NCBI GenBank assembly: GCA_010356995.1
Contig: ML996692.1
Coordinates: forward strand, 1,127,933-1,191,932
From: Trichodelitschia bisporula
Lineage: Eukaryota
Direction: 5' to 3'
Length of the DNA stretch: 64,000 nt
Positions within the stretch are counted from its first letter, which is position 1, and every line of letters begins with the position of its first letter. The notes below the pieces were generated by a model. It ran no database searches. It was not told the origin of the DNA and worked only from the letters and a program-made list of their open reading frames with translations. This document shows positions 12,780 through 24,543 of the stretch, one piece after another. The position numbers and the translations under genes were made by a program.

Positions 12780-13800
12780 GAAGTCTTCGTAATGAGTGAC
12801 TTCAGGTCGGACTTAGCGGGCTTCACGACTCTGATAGTGACTAAGTTTCAGCGACTGGCAGGGCTTCGCGCAAACTATCGCCCAATCTTCAGCTTTCGAA
12901 TGATTACATTCGACCTATCCAACATCTTTCCCTCCATTGAAGATTTTGCGAGAGAGAATCCTGCTCGTTTAACATGTGTTCTTGTATGTAGACAGAGAGA
13001 AGGAGCATCCATACCCTTGGAAGGCGCATACCTAACTAGGGAGTAGCAGAAGGAGGAACTGGAAGGAACACGGGAGGATGTGATCGACCTGTCGCTCACC
13101 TTTCTCTTCTGTTCTCCGTCATTTTATCATGCTTTAACGCCGCACTCGTTGCCATTGTAAGTGCCTTGAGCCATGCTCCCATTCTGTCTCCCTCAGTTTG
13201 AAGTGTTGACTGTGGAAGTGACTGCCGATCATAGCTGAAAGGAAGCCACCTTTGGTAACAGTGCTCGTACTCTGATGTACAGAGCTGACCATGCAGCATT
13301 CATCAGTGAGTATCATTGACAGTCAAGGCACGAAGCTTACCGCAAAGTAGACGAACCTGAGCTCGTCCATCTCCACTTCCCTTCTTTCCACCCCTTGGCT
13401 GCTTGCCAGGAAGCACCTTTGGAGCTCGGCCATAAACCCCTCTCGTTCCTGCTCGGTGGCAATTGGTCGTCTGGTCCATGAGAGCCATCGTGGCATGCCG
13501 CTCTGGGACTCTTTCAAGACGTGGAGTAGGCGGCTCCGATATTCAGCACCAGGCTGCGAGAGCATGGCCATCCTTCCCTCCTCGCTATCTCTATTGCCGT
13601 AGAGGTTATGCTATCAGTCTCTCTGGAGATCAGCGGATAAAACGAAGGCGCTGAGGGGAGAGACGTGTTGTACTCTGGTATTGTGTACCCTTTCCGCTTC
13701 AATCCCCATGCGCACCGCAAATGAATGGACGCCTGGGCATTTGCCTCGCCTGGAGGCAGACGGTACAATGCAAAGCCATACTGGAAATAATGATTGCGGG
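12780..13800 (-). pseudogene. Decayed or lineage-specific spliced gene of unknown family
   Basis: ORFs 13323-13571 and 13096-13299 join in frame across a GTAAGC...CTGAT...CAG intron (...FVYFA|LCTSEYEHCYQRW...). Upstream and downstream the frame breaks. The 12780-13183 part is homologous to 62055-62466. Confidence 0.45.
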
Positions 13801-15580
13801 CCCATGGGTCCCAGGAGTGCGATGTCTCCTCAGTGAGTTGATTACTGAACGCTCAATCTCTTGCGTCCAACCCTAAGTATTGGACAGGCGCGAGTTGGCT
13901 ACCTGGGACGAGTGTGCAAGGAGGCTCCTTGATATCCACGTTCAGCGCTCAGGCGCCAGCAAGTCGAAGGAGATCTCAAGAGCCGACTCAAATCACTACC
14001 CAGCCCCTCCCTCAGCAAGCAGCCCCGCTCTTGCAAGAGTACAAGATAAAGCGCCTATCCCGGTCCTACCAGCCATAGATCGGGTGAAAGAAAGCCGCCG
14101 GCATCTGCATCCTACGGAAAGACAGCGCATCAAATCTTAGCTGCCGGATCGGGGTCGCACATAGTCTGCAGCATCTGCGCTGCACAGCAGCGCATCTGCG
14201 CAAATTCCGATGCCATAGGGCAGGATTTCCACCTGTCGTATCTGCCGGGTCGCCGGCGGGTGAGCCGTGATGAGTTGCGGCGAGGCTGCAGGTTGGGGAA
14301 GTGGAGAAGGACGGAAGTAGGTCACTGCATGACGGCTAATACAGATCCCCCGCGGTGCAGATGATCTGGTTTCGAAGGCTCCCTGGGCCCCGAGAGCTGG
14401 CTTTTCTTTCCCACTTGCAGGGCCCGTTGCAGTCCTCACAAGATCTGCTCCGTGCTGGCGGTAGTGGCGGTTTTCGTGATTTCCTGTTCTAGAGCGGCAT
14501 GCATAATCGTGGCATGGGTGAAGGCCGGGATCGAGAAAAGAGCAGTTGCTCGACTACGCTTCAGACCAATTGAGTATTTGGGTGAAGACTGGGAACAACA
14601 CTGTATTAGACAGAAACCTTTGCTTGTACCAGAGTAGTTGTTACCGACGGGCTAATCGACGAGTGAAGTTGGGACGATATCGAGTGATCATGTAATCGGC
14701 TCCACGACGACGCGCAAGGCTTGAACGCTGGACCAATCATTTTGCTCGCAACACCAATGTCGCGATCTCAAGTCGATCACACTCATTTCTCAACGCAAAT
14801 TCTAGCCCACCATTTAAGCTGATTTGCCGATTAATGCATCTCGTGAACCTCATTGAGCACTGGAATTTCCCCTGGAACTGAAGCACCGAGCACTTTCTCT
14901 TCAATACTGCAAATTGAGCTATTACATGTACACCACTGTCTTTCCAAACGTAGGCTTCTCATTCTCAGACGAGCGCTGCTCGCTTCTAGACTTGAAGCTT
15001 CAGGACCCTCGAGAGGCAAAGTTTCTTTCACCAAGGGAAGGGCGGCCTCCGGAGTGTCGGCTTCTTCATGATTTTTTTGAACGATTTTTGATGAAGGAAG
15101 GCGGCCGGAACTTGAAGAAATAGACGTGATGCGAAAATTTTCTTTCCCCTTCTTTCCCCTCACACTTGCTTCCTTTCTGACTTCTATTCGTTTTCGTCTC
15201 ATTTACGGATGTACAGTCTCCCGCATATCTGGCAAAGCGACCGTCCCGCCCGGCATTTTCGTCAGCGGCCAGTAGTTGATCAATAAACCGATCGTTGAAC
15301 ACACCTCGCCGTTTCTGACCCATCAACGTCAACCTTCCCATATCTACTACGGCTCCCAGTGAGTTTCAGCGGGCGTCATTTCGCAGTGCTCTTCAACATG
15401 AGGGAACCAGGATAAAGCGTCCTAGAAAGAAGGATGGCACTTTGCGGGTAGTGCCAAGCATCCATCCCTATCAGCGCTGCGACGGGTTTAGGGTGTCATT
15501 GATTGAAGAACACAAGTTGCCGAAGTAGCAGCTAACTTTGAATTCCACGGCCCCAAACCATGATTCCATCACATATCCGT

Positions 15581-16188
15581 CTATATCGACGGTGGTGCAC
15601 CCTGCTCCTCTCTGGGATTTCCACTATCCTCGCCCCCATTCTTCACCCAGTCAACCCAACTCCCGCGATACTCCCCGACATTCTTGTATCCATTTTGGCG
15701 TGCTAACTGCGCCGCGGCACTGCTCCGTACGCCCGCCTTGCAGTAGAAGACAACCTCCTTGTTCGGTGGGGGCTTAGCGAAGCCGAGCCGGTCCTCGAAT
15801 TCCTCCGGGGACAGGAAGAGAGCGTCCGGCTGTGACTGGATCGGCATGTTCAGGGCCGTGGGGATGTAGCCGGCAGCGTATTCGGCGGGTTCGCGAACGT
15901 CTAACGGGTTAGCTTGGGCGGTAGGATGGGTTTGGGGAAATGGGGGGACGTACCGATCAGTACCCGGTCGCTGTTTGGCTCTTCCACTAGCTCCCGGATG
16001 GCCTGGAAGTCATAACGCTTAAACTCAGGACCACTGGGAGCGGAGTGCCACCGCTGTTGGGGGCGAGTAGACGCGGGGAGGGTGAACGCGGGGCGGAGGA
16101 GGTGCGTGCGGCTGGGGGTGGGGTGGGGTCGGAGGGAGGGGATTGAGGTTGCGAGGACGCGTCTGGACAGGGTGCGGGGGAGCGCCAT
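15581..16188 (-). CDS. Single-domain rhodanese / thiosulfate sulfurtransferase, mitochondrial (Rdl2-like)
   Basis: Arg/Ser-rich presequence. Intron 15901-15953 (GTACGT...GCTAAC...TAG) restores VLIDVREPAEY; active-site loop FYCKAGVRS; C-terminal YRGSWVDW. Confidence 0.9.
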
Positions 16189-16357
16189 AGTTGTTTACTT
16201 TGATTATCGAAGATATGGAGGATGATTGAAGAGAGGAAGATGGCGAGAAAATCGAAGCGGAATGTAGGCGGGTTCAATGGTGTTTTTTTGCGGCTCTGCG
16301 GTTGCAGATCGGGTGGGGAGCTAAGAGATACGGTCGCGACGTCATGCATACGATAGC

Positions 16358-16492
16358 ATCACGTGGAGGCTTGCATCACCATGAGGCTTTGGGTGAAGGA
16401 TGGTAAGTGGAAGCTTCGGATTCTAGTAGTGATCTGTATGGTGTTTGGTCATTTGAATGTCGATGTCAGCGAGCTCAATCTTCCATCACGTG
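16358..16492. promoter_or_regulatory. Two ATCACGTG E-boxes in the 366 bp divergent promoter between rhodanese and Hpm1
   Basis: CACGTG at 16360-16365 and 16487-16492, both preceded by AT (Cbf1-type RTCACGTG). Confidence 0.45.
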
Positions 16493-16554
16493 CGATGCGG
16501 GCCACTTGGTGAGCTGTAAAATCATCCGGACCTAAAATTCTCTACATCAAAGCC

Positions 16555-17771
16555 ATGGCTCAGCCTTTCAGCTTTGGCTTCAGCGGGGATGACATAGAAG
16601 TCGGCGATAATGATCAGTCCATCCAAAATGCAGCAGCGTCCCCGGGGCCCGCTGAGAGCGGTCCGGCACCTGCAAAAGCAGAGCAGCTGAAACTGGAAGA
16701 CATGGTGGGTAACGCGGGGCTCAAATGATGCTTCTGTTTCGTTCCTGGATTTAGCAGATGGTGTGGAGTTCTGGTGGATATCTCGGAATAGTGACTGACG
16801 GACGTCTAGCTATCGACCTTGCCATCTAAAATCGCATATCAAATCACCGAAATCGAGTCTCCAAAGGGGAAGAAGCTTAAAATCCCACGGCGAGAACTCT
16901 TCGACATCCGCATGCAACTCATGGCCGACGATAACTTCGAGTCCGAAGTGTCTAATGGATTAGGCGACTCAGACATCCGGACGAACGTTTACGAGGGCGG
17001 CTTCAAGAGCTGGGAGTGCTCTTTTGATCTGGCGAAGCTGCTCCTGGATCGCGGGCCTCGGAAGGATCTTGATGACCTCTGCAGAGTGGACCATGTCGTC
17101 GAGGTACGGCCCCCAAGAAGTGTGCGCTCAAACTAACGGCCCAGCTCGGATGCGGCACCGCCGTTCCCACGCTGGTGCTCTTCCACTACGCCCTGACCGA
17201 ATCGCTCCCCATCTACTTCACGTTGACAGACTATAACGCCAGCGTACTGCGTCTCGTCACGCTCCCCAACTTGCTGCTCACTTGGGCTTCGACGCTACCT
17301 GCTACTGCGAGCCCCTTCTCAGCGGACGACCCAAATCCCCTACTATCTGAAGAGCAGGGGGACCTCAACGTCACGCCCGAGCTCAAAGCTGCCTTCGTAT
17401 CGGCGCTCACTGGCCAGGGCCTCACGCTGAGCTTCGTGGCCGGCTCGTGGAGCCCGGCCAAGCCGTTCCTCTCGCTCATCCCCACGTCGCCGGAGATGAA
17501 CATTCTCGTACTAGCGTCAGAGACCATCTACTCGCCCGAAGCGCTGTCATCATTTGCGGAGGCGCTGATTGGAATTCTGAAGCAGGTGCGCATGGCAAAG
17601 GCAATGATCGCGGCTAAGCGGGTGTACTTCGGAGTGGGGGGCAGTGTAGATGCATTCAAAGTAGAGTGTCGGGAGCGCAAGGCCGTGGGGTACGAGATTG
17701 AGAACCATAACGTAGATCTAGGCGAAAGCGGTGGGGTACGGCGGTGTTTGCTGGAAGTACAGATGTTTTAG
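16555..17771 (+). CDS. HPM1: Histidine protein methyltransferase Hpm1/METTL18-like
   Basis: MAQPFSFGFSGDDIE start; introns 16705-16809 and 17104-17144; motifs VYEGGFKSWECSFDL, VVE|LGCG (SAM motif I), DYN, LASETIY, AAKRVYFGVGG. Confidence 0.88.
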
Positions 17772-18285
17772 ATGTCCTTTTCATAAGACTGGTAGAAAAT
17801 GGACGAGATATCACATTTCGTAGTGTTGTAGTGTAGGCAGTGACGACAAACGACATGCCGCGACAAATGAAAGGTGACGCGTTGTGGCTGATGCGCAGGT
17901 AGTCTTGGCTTTGCATTTGCTACCGAAATCGATAAGCCACCAGCCACTCACGGACGAGAGACATCCATCGATGAACAACCCAAGAGAAGCAGAAGTAGAG
18001 TGCTGAGTTGCTTCATTCACCACGATACCTACCTTCCACTTATGTCAAGCAGTCGAAGTTCCTGCGCTCCACTCGAGCACATCAACTCTTCGCTATTCGC
18101 CGTCCCCGGGAAGTCACTGCCTCCGCATCACCGCGACCTTTGACACAAGTCCCCTCTTCGGTTCCGCTCTCTTCTCCCCCCCTCCGAAGGAGATGCGCCT
18201 AACTGTCGCCCCTCCAACTCAATACATTCATATGTGCGATCCGTGACCTCTGCTCTCTTTTCTACTCGATCATCAGATCGCCGCA

Positions 18286-21200
18286 ATGGAGCGGCAAAGA
18301 AAGCGTAGTCCACCCCACTACTGACGTTGCCCCTCGTTGCTAACGTGCCGTAGGCGAATTGCGCGACCTCAACTCTCGAGCTTGGGCTGGTGACACAGGT
18401 CCTTCTCCCCAATGCGGCTTCTTAGCCTCCGTATTAACGCTGCCAGACGTCTTCCCTATCCAAGCTTCGCTCGATTCCAATCTCAAGAAAAACACTGCCT
18501 TCATCAAACGCCTGCGCACTTCTATCAACCAGCCTGGCCTCAATACTTTCATCCAGGAGACGCGTTCCCTGTCGCTCCGTAAATATGTCTCGGAGATCGT
18601 TAGTGCCTGCTACGAAGGTCTCTGCAAGCTCAAGGCTCCGGCCGATATCGCTGCCGGCGTCGAGATCGTCAGCGCCCTGCATCAGCGCTTCGGACCGGCC
18701 GAATTCACGGGCAACCTGCACTGGTTCATTGGCCGCGGGCTCAGCACACCGGAGAGGTCACACTTGAAGGCGCTGACGCAGGATGTGCGTGAGCGTGAAG
18801 AGAAGGAGCGCCTTACGCGCCAGCGGATACTGTTGCGGGTGGCGACGGAGCTGTGGCTCGTGGATGTGCTGCGTACCTTTGGGGATGCGACGCGGCCGGA
18901 GGAGGCGGGCAAAGTAAAGGACGGCTCCAAGCTCGTAGACTTGTCGGCAAAGGCCAAGGTAGCGGCCGCTCGTGTGGACAACTTTGAGCCATTTCCACTC
19001 GAGGTGCTGAAGGATCTGCTAGGCCACGACAGGGAACATGTCAACCTGCCTCTTGTCGTCATATTCGTCAAGACATTTGCTTGGGACATCCTGGGAGTCA
19101 AGTATGCCTCCGAAGGCCGCAAGGCAGCCGAAGACACCAGTGTCGACGTGCAGAACAAGGCAGAGGAACCGACTACGGACGAGGAAAGCCCTAACGACCC
19201 ACCCTTTACAAACCCCGAGTTGCGCCAGCTTTTCAAGAACGTCCTCCTGCGCTACTTTGAGGACGCCAAGACCCATCTCGTCCGCGACCAGAAGCAGCTC
19301 GTCACCCAAAGCCGTCGCAATGCTGAGGCCTACGTCCGGTCCGGCGAGGTGTTCGAAGACCGCCAGGCCAATTACGAAAGGCAAGTCAAGGCTCAGGAGC
19401 GGCTGATGGCGAACGCGCAGGTTCTGGCCGACGTGCTCGGGGCCGAGATGCCGGATCTTAAGGAGAAGGATACGTCGGCGAGTATCGGTGATGGTACTAT
19501 CGGCATTGTCAAGGCGGGGGACTACCTACGTGGGCAGGGCGAAGGCCCAGGGATTTGGGAGGATGAAGATGAGCGCCGCTTCTATGAGAATCTTGTTGAA
19601 CTTAAGGACCGAGTTCCCGGCATCCTGCTCGAAGAGACTAAGAAGAAAAAGGCCGATGACGACCAAGTCGGCAAGAAAGCAGTGAAGCCGACCGGCGAGG
19701 AAGTCGAGAAGCAGGCCGAAGCGAAGGAGGCCGACGAGTTGTCCACTGCCATCCAGAACAAGTCCGTCGGAGCGCAGGTCAACGCGCTGCTGGCCCGTCT
19801 GCCCGAGCTGACCAGCAAGGAGGCGGTGGATGAGGTAGCGATCGACTTTTGCTTTCTCAACTCCAAAGCCTCTCGCAACAGGCTGATCAAGGCTGTTGAG
19901 GAAGTACCCAAGGGCCGCTCTGACCTGCTGCCGCTATACTCGCGCCTTGTCGCTACGCTCGGCAAGCATATGCCGGACATTTCCCAGGGGCTCGTCTCGT
20001 ACCTCGACGACGAGTTCCGGAGCTTGCAGCGCCGCAAGACCAAAGACTTTTTAGGCCAAGTGCGCACGCAGAATATCCGTTACCTCGCCGAGCTGACCAA
20101 GTTTGGCGTTGTCCCCGAGCACGTCATTTTCCACTGCCTCAAGGTCAGCCTGGACGACTTTTCACGCATGAATATCGAGATTATCTCCAATCTGCTGGAG
20201 AACTGCGGCCGGTACCTCCTCCGGAATCCCGAGACTTCGCCCCGCATGGCATCGTTTCTGGAGACATTGCAGCGGAAGAAGTCAGCTCAGCATCTCGGTC
20301 AGCAGGAGCGTATGCTGGTGGAGAACGCCATCTACTACGTCAATCCGCCAGAGCGCGGTGCCATTGAGCAGAAAGAGCGGACTCCAATTGACATGTTCGT
20401 CCGGAAGATGATCTATGTCGACCTGAACAGGCGCTCCATGGAGAAGATCTGCAAGCAGATTCGGAAGCTCCATTGGGAAGAACCAGAGGTAACGTGCTCT
20501 TTTTCTTGTCCAACTCCATTAACATCTCAGGTTGTCAATATTCTGCAAAAAATCTTCACCAAGCCGCACAAGATCAAGTATATCAACATCCATCTGCTGG
20601 CCGCCAGTCTGGAGTGTCTCAAGCGGCACCATCAGGATTTTGTGTGTACGATCATTGACGATATTCTGGAGCTGATCACATTTGGCTTGGAGCTCAACGA
20701 TTTCAAGTATAACCAGCGGCGCATCGCCGAGGTGAAGTATCTGGCAGAGCTATACGTTTACAAGCTCATTGACTCGCCCATTGTCTTCGATACGCTTTAC
20801 AGGATCTGTACGTACGGGCATGAGAACGGTGTACCGAAGCCTGCGACGACATGCCCGCTTGATCTCCCCGATGATTACTTCCGCATCCGCCTGGTCTGCA
20901 CTATCCTCGAAACGTGCGGCGAGTTCTACAACAAGGGGACCTCGAAGAAGAAGCTTGATTTCTTCCTGACTTTCTTCCAGTACTACATTCAGACGAAGGA
21001 ACCACTGCCCATGGACATTGATTTTCTTGTCCAGGATACGTTCCTTGGGCTGCGGCCACAGTGGAAACTTCTCAACACATTTGAAGAAGCAAACAAGGCC
21101 TTTGCCGACGCCGTCAAGCAAAACTACCAGGCGCAGGCTCTCGAAAAGTCGCATGAGGCGCACGAGACTGAGGATTCGGCTTCGGACGATGGTGCGGACG

Positions 21201-22039
21201 ACGAAGACGGCCCTCCACGCGAGCGGACCGAGCAGTCGTCGGGCGAAGAGACCGAAGTAATTCCCTTCCCCTTCATGTGCGTTCTCGCACTGACCAAGAA
21301 GGATGTCGAGGACGAGGCGCAGGACGCGCACTCGTCTGAAGACGAGCAGATCGTGGTCACACGGCAGGAGAACGAACGCGACCCAGAGGCTGACGCCGAC
21401 TTTGACCGCGAGCTGGCGAAGTTGATGGCGGACAGCCTGGACTCGCGCAAGTTCGAGCGTAAGCCTATGTTCGACGTGCCGCTGCCCATGCGCCGCTCGC
21501 AGAAGGAGAGCAGCTCCGAGGAGCCACAGGCTCCTGCTGAAGCGCCCAATTTTATCAAGTTCTCGCTGCTGAGCAAGCGCGGTAACAAGCAGCAGGTGAG
21601 TATTAGCATAGTTGACTCATAACACTCGCTAACCAACAGACTCGGCAAATCGACCTGCCCGCTGACTCAACCTTCGCGGTCGCCATGCGGACGCAGCAGC
21701 AAGCTGAAAAGGAAGAACAGCAGCGGATCAAGAACCTGGTTCTGAACTACGATCTGCGGGACGAGAACGAAGGACCTGATGGTGAAGCCCACCTTTCCTT
21801 AACCCCCAATCTGAACCCCCTCTCTGCTGCCCCCTCCGGCCGCAAGACGCGTGCTAAGGCTGCCAAAGGCCTCGAGAAGTTACCACAGAATCCCTACACG
21901 CAGCCGCGCCTCGACAAGGCGGGTAACACGCGCAGCAATCAGCGCGCGCGCAAGCTACAGCTCAGCGATGTGGACTGGTGAGTTATCTGGGCGTGTGCGG
22001 CCGAACCCGCACGTCTAATCTCTGTTCGCTAGGACTTGA
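18286..22039 (+). CDS. UPF2: Nonsense-mediated decay factor Upf2/Nmd2 (three MIF4G domains)
   Basis: LDSNLKKNTAFIKRLR, IWEDEDERRFYE, LENCGRYL, DLPDDYFRIRLVCTILETCG, acidic region, EQQRIKNLVLNYD. Introns 18305-18353, 18399-18446, 20489-20530, 21257-21298/21301, 21596-21639, probable 21782-21868, and 21978-22032. Confidence 0.95.
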
Positions 22040-22493
22040 TCATGACGACGAGACGTTTCTACAACGCTCATCTCTTGGTAAGGACTCCATCCGCTGTGTT
22101 CAAAGCGTACCCAGCCCCTCTTGCTCCGATGTGTGTAGGGCAGTGCGAGCACGAGCGGGCGTGCTGCCCGAGCTGCTAGCCTGGCTTACCTGCGCGGCAT
22201 GACGACATTTTAGTCTGTGAGGAGCGGCGGGGCGTGGGGTTGATGTGGTGAGGGGTGCGAAGGAGTGAGGAGTACGACGTGGGGTAAAACGTTTTGTGCA
22301 CGGTGCTCTAAGGGATGTGGAAAGCGGAAGACAGTCTTTCATCAGTAACTCCGTCTGTCCTTACCAATGCCATGGCCATTCAGTTATTGCATATAATTCA
22401 CTGTGCACTAACGCCCCTCCAATTCGGGGAGTACAACATACTAACGACAGTCCACGCCATGATGCAAGCAAGCGACAGTTTTGCATCCCACAC

Positions 22494-22979
22494 TCATTTC
22501 TCACCGCCCGGCACGCCCTCTACCGTCACGGGCTCCCCGTTCACCTTCGCCGTCACAACGACGTCAACATCCACGACCCGGCCATCCATGGCCAAACTCC
22601 CCCTCCTGCGCCCTATGATCCCCTCCGCCAACACGCCCCCCTCCTCCATGCGGCGTATCACCGCCGCCGTGGTCCCGCGGCTCAGGATAGGCGGGACATC
22701 CACACTCCCATCTATACTGGTGCCTTCGGCCGGCACGAAGTACGCCGTCGAAGAGGGCGGCGCGAGGTGCCCTTCGTTTGTGGTGGCTGTGGGGGGGATG
22801 GGAGACGCGTTCTCTGGTGTGATGGGTTGGGGTGGGGCGGCGGTGTGGGTTTGGTGGAGGGTATTGTGCGTCAGGGCGGCTTCGGCGTGGGTGCGTGTGT
22901 TTGGGGTGAGGAGGGAGGGGGTTGTTGTTGCGGGTGAGGGGACGGAGGTTGGTGGGTCGGGGGCGGGGGATTGGGTCAT
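22494..22979 (-). CDS. Hypothetical Pro/Thr-rich protein (161 aa; upstream exons possible)
   Basis: ATG-initiated ORF with a low-complexity N-half and a more ordered C-half (AYFVPAEG...VVDVDVVVTAKVNGEPV); no family recognised. Confidence 0.35.
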   Translation of the reverse strand: MTQSPAPDPPTSVPSPATTTPSLLTPNTRTHAEAALTHNTLHQTHTAAPPQPITPENASPIPPTATTNEGHLAPPSSTAYFVPAEGTSIDGSVDVPPILSRGTTAAVIRRMEEGGVLAEGIIGRRRGSLAMDGRVVDVDVVVTAKVNGEPVTVEGVPGGEK

Positions 22980-24543
22980 GGTTGTGGTTGGGGGAGGGAG
23001 GTGGTGAGTGAAGGGGCGGTTCTGGGGTGAGGTGAGGGTATCGAGGTGTTCGTCCGGTTATCGTGAAGGTGTTCTCGTCGTCGAAATCCGGTATCGTGGT
23101 GCTCGATGGAAGGTCTGCCATGGTCAATCACCGCGCCATCATTACCGCAGGCGCGTCGTCCTCAGCCTCGCCGTAACTCACTCAAAAGTTCGTGATCAAA
23201 GTCCTCGACGTAACTAGAATCCCCCAATTGAAAGTGAGTGAAAAACCCCGCATCCAGCAAACGGCTTTATACCTTCCGATCCAAAGTACCATCATCATTC
23301 CTTCCCTCCGGCCAATGCATTGGGCCCGCCTCCCCGATCGGCGCAATGACGTCCTGGGGCCAAGGGGAGCCCTGGGGCCAGAACGCGCGCTACTGTGGAC
23401 GCCATCAGGGGGCTTGTGCTCTGCCCCCGCCCGCAATGATCCACAACAACCCCGCCCAGGACGGCGTCGCACAAAGCGGGCTGTGACGACGGGTATGGCG
23501 TCATGGGGCGGCGGCTGCGTCATGATTGGCCGGAGATGGGTCCGTGGGTTGGAGGGGATGAATGCTCGTTGCCGGGCATTGACAGCTAGAAAGTGGACGT
23601 GAGGGCGGTGGTTTGGCTCAGATAATCTGATATCTGCACCTTATGTTTGTCGCACTATTATCTACTCGGTGTAAAGAGGCGGATTGCACATCTTGCTTGT
23701 CGGGCTTGCTGAAGTGGATATATGCCAGTCGGTGAAGTTCGGGAAGGAAACAACTTTTAGGGATTGCCCTTCATTATTACCGCTTTGGGATATGGGGTTG
23801 CTGGGCCGAGACGGCTGTGGCTTCAATTATGTCACAGGGAAAGGCGCTCAGACATGTTCACCGTCTCCCAATTGCCCTCAAAGAGATGCTTGATTGGGAT
23901 AGGATTTACCCTTTCCTGGCTTACCCGCGAATGGCGCTGCAATTGAGCTTGGGATTGGGCCTGGTGGAATAAGCTTAGTTCAGTGTTTATTCCAAGGGTT
24001 CCGTTTCCGGACTGGGCTTTCTTGGTTAGCGTGGTTGGTATGAAGCACAACGTCACGATGAAAGATGTGGAAATGCTGGGACATGTTCACTACTCTCTCC
24101 TAATTTTACTTACCCAGAAAGGGGCATGGGATTGAGATGGGATCTGATGTTGACATGAGGCAGGAAGCATTGTTGTGCTAGGAAGGCGCATACGAGCATC
24201 GTGTATTTGGTCTCGAGCGTCTCTTGACTCTCGCTTCTTCTCTCTTTTTCCTCCGTATTTTTTTCAACTCTTCACTTCACACCGTAGCTATTCGCAGGTG
24301 TCAAGAATTACGCTCTCCTGTGTAGTCACCCGCGAGTGACGCTGCTACTAGTTTCTTAGCCTAGGGCTGAGTGTCGCGAACAGGACTTATTCCTTATTCC
24401 AACCGAGCTTCGTGATAACTGTATGCGTGGTTGGTAGAAAACTACACAAAATCACCATAAAATGTCATAGTATGTGGAAAGCACGCTCGCCATTCCTGTT
24501 ACCCTAGAAATGAAATGTACAGATTTTCCCCCACCCCACTCGC

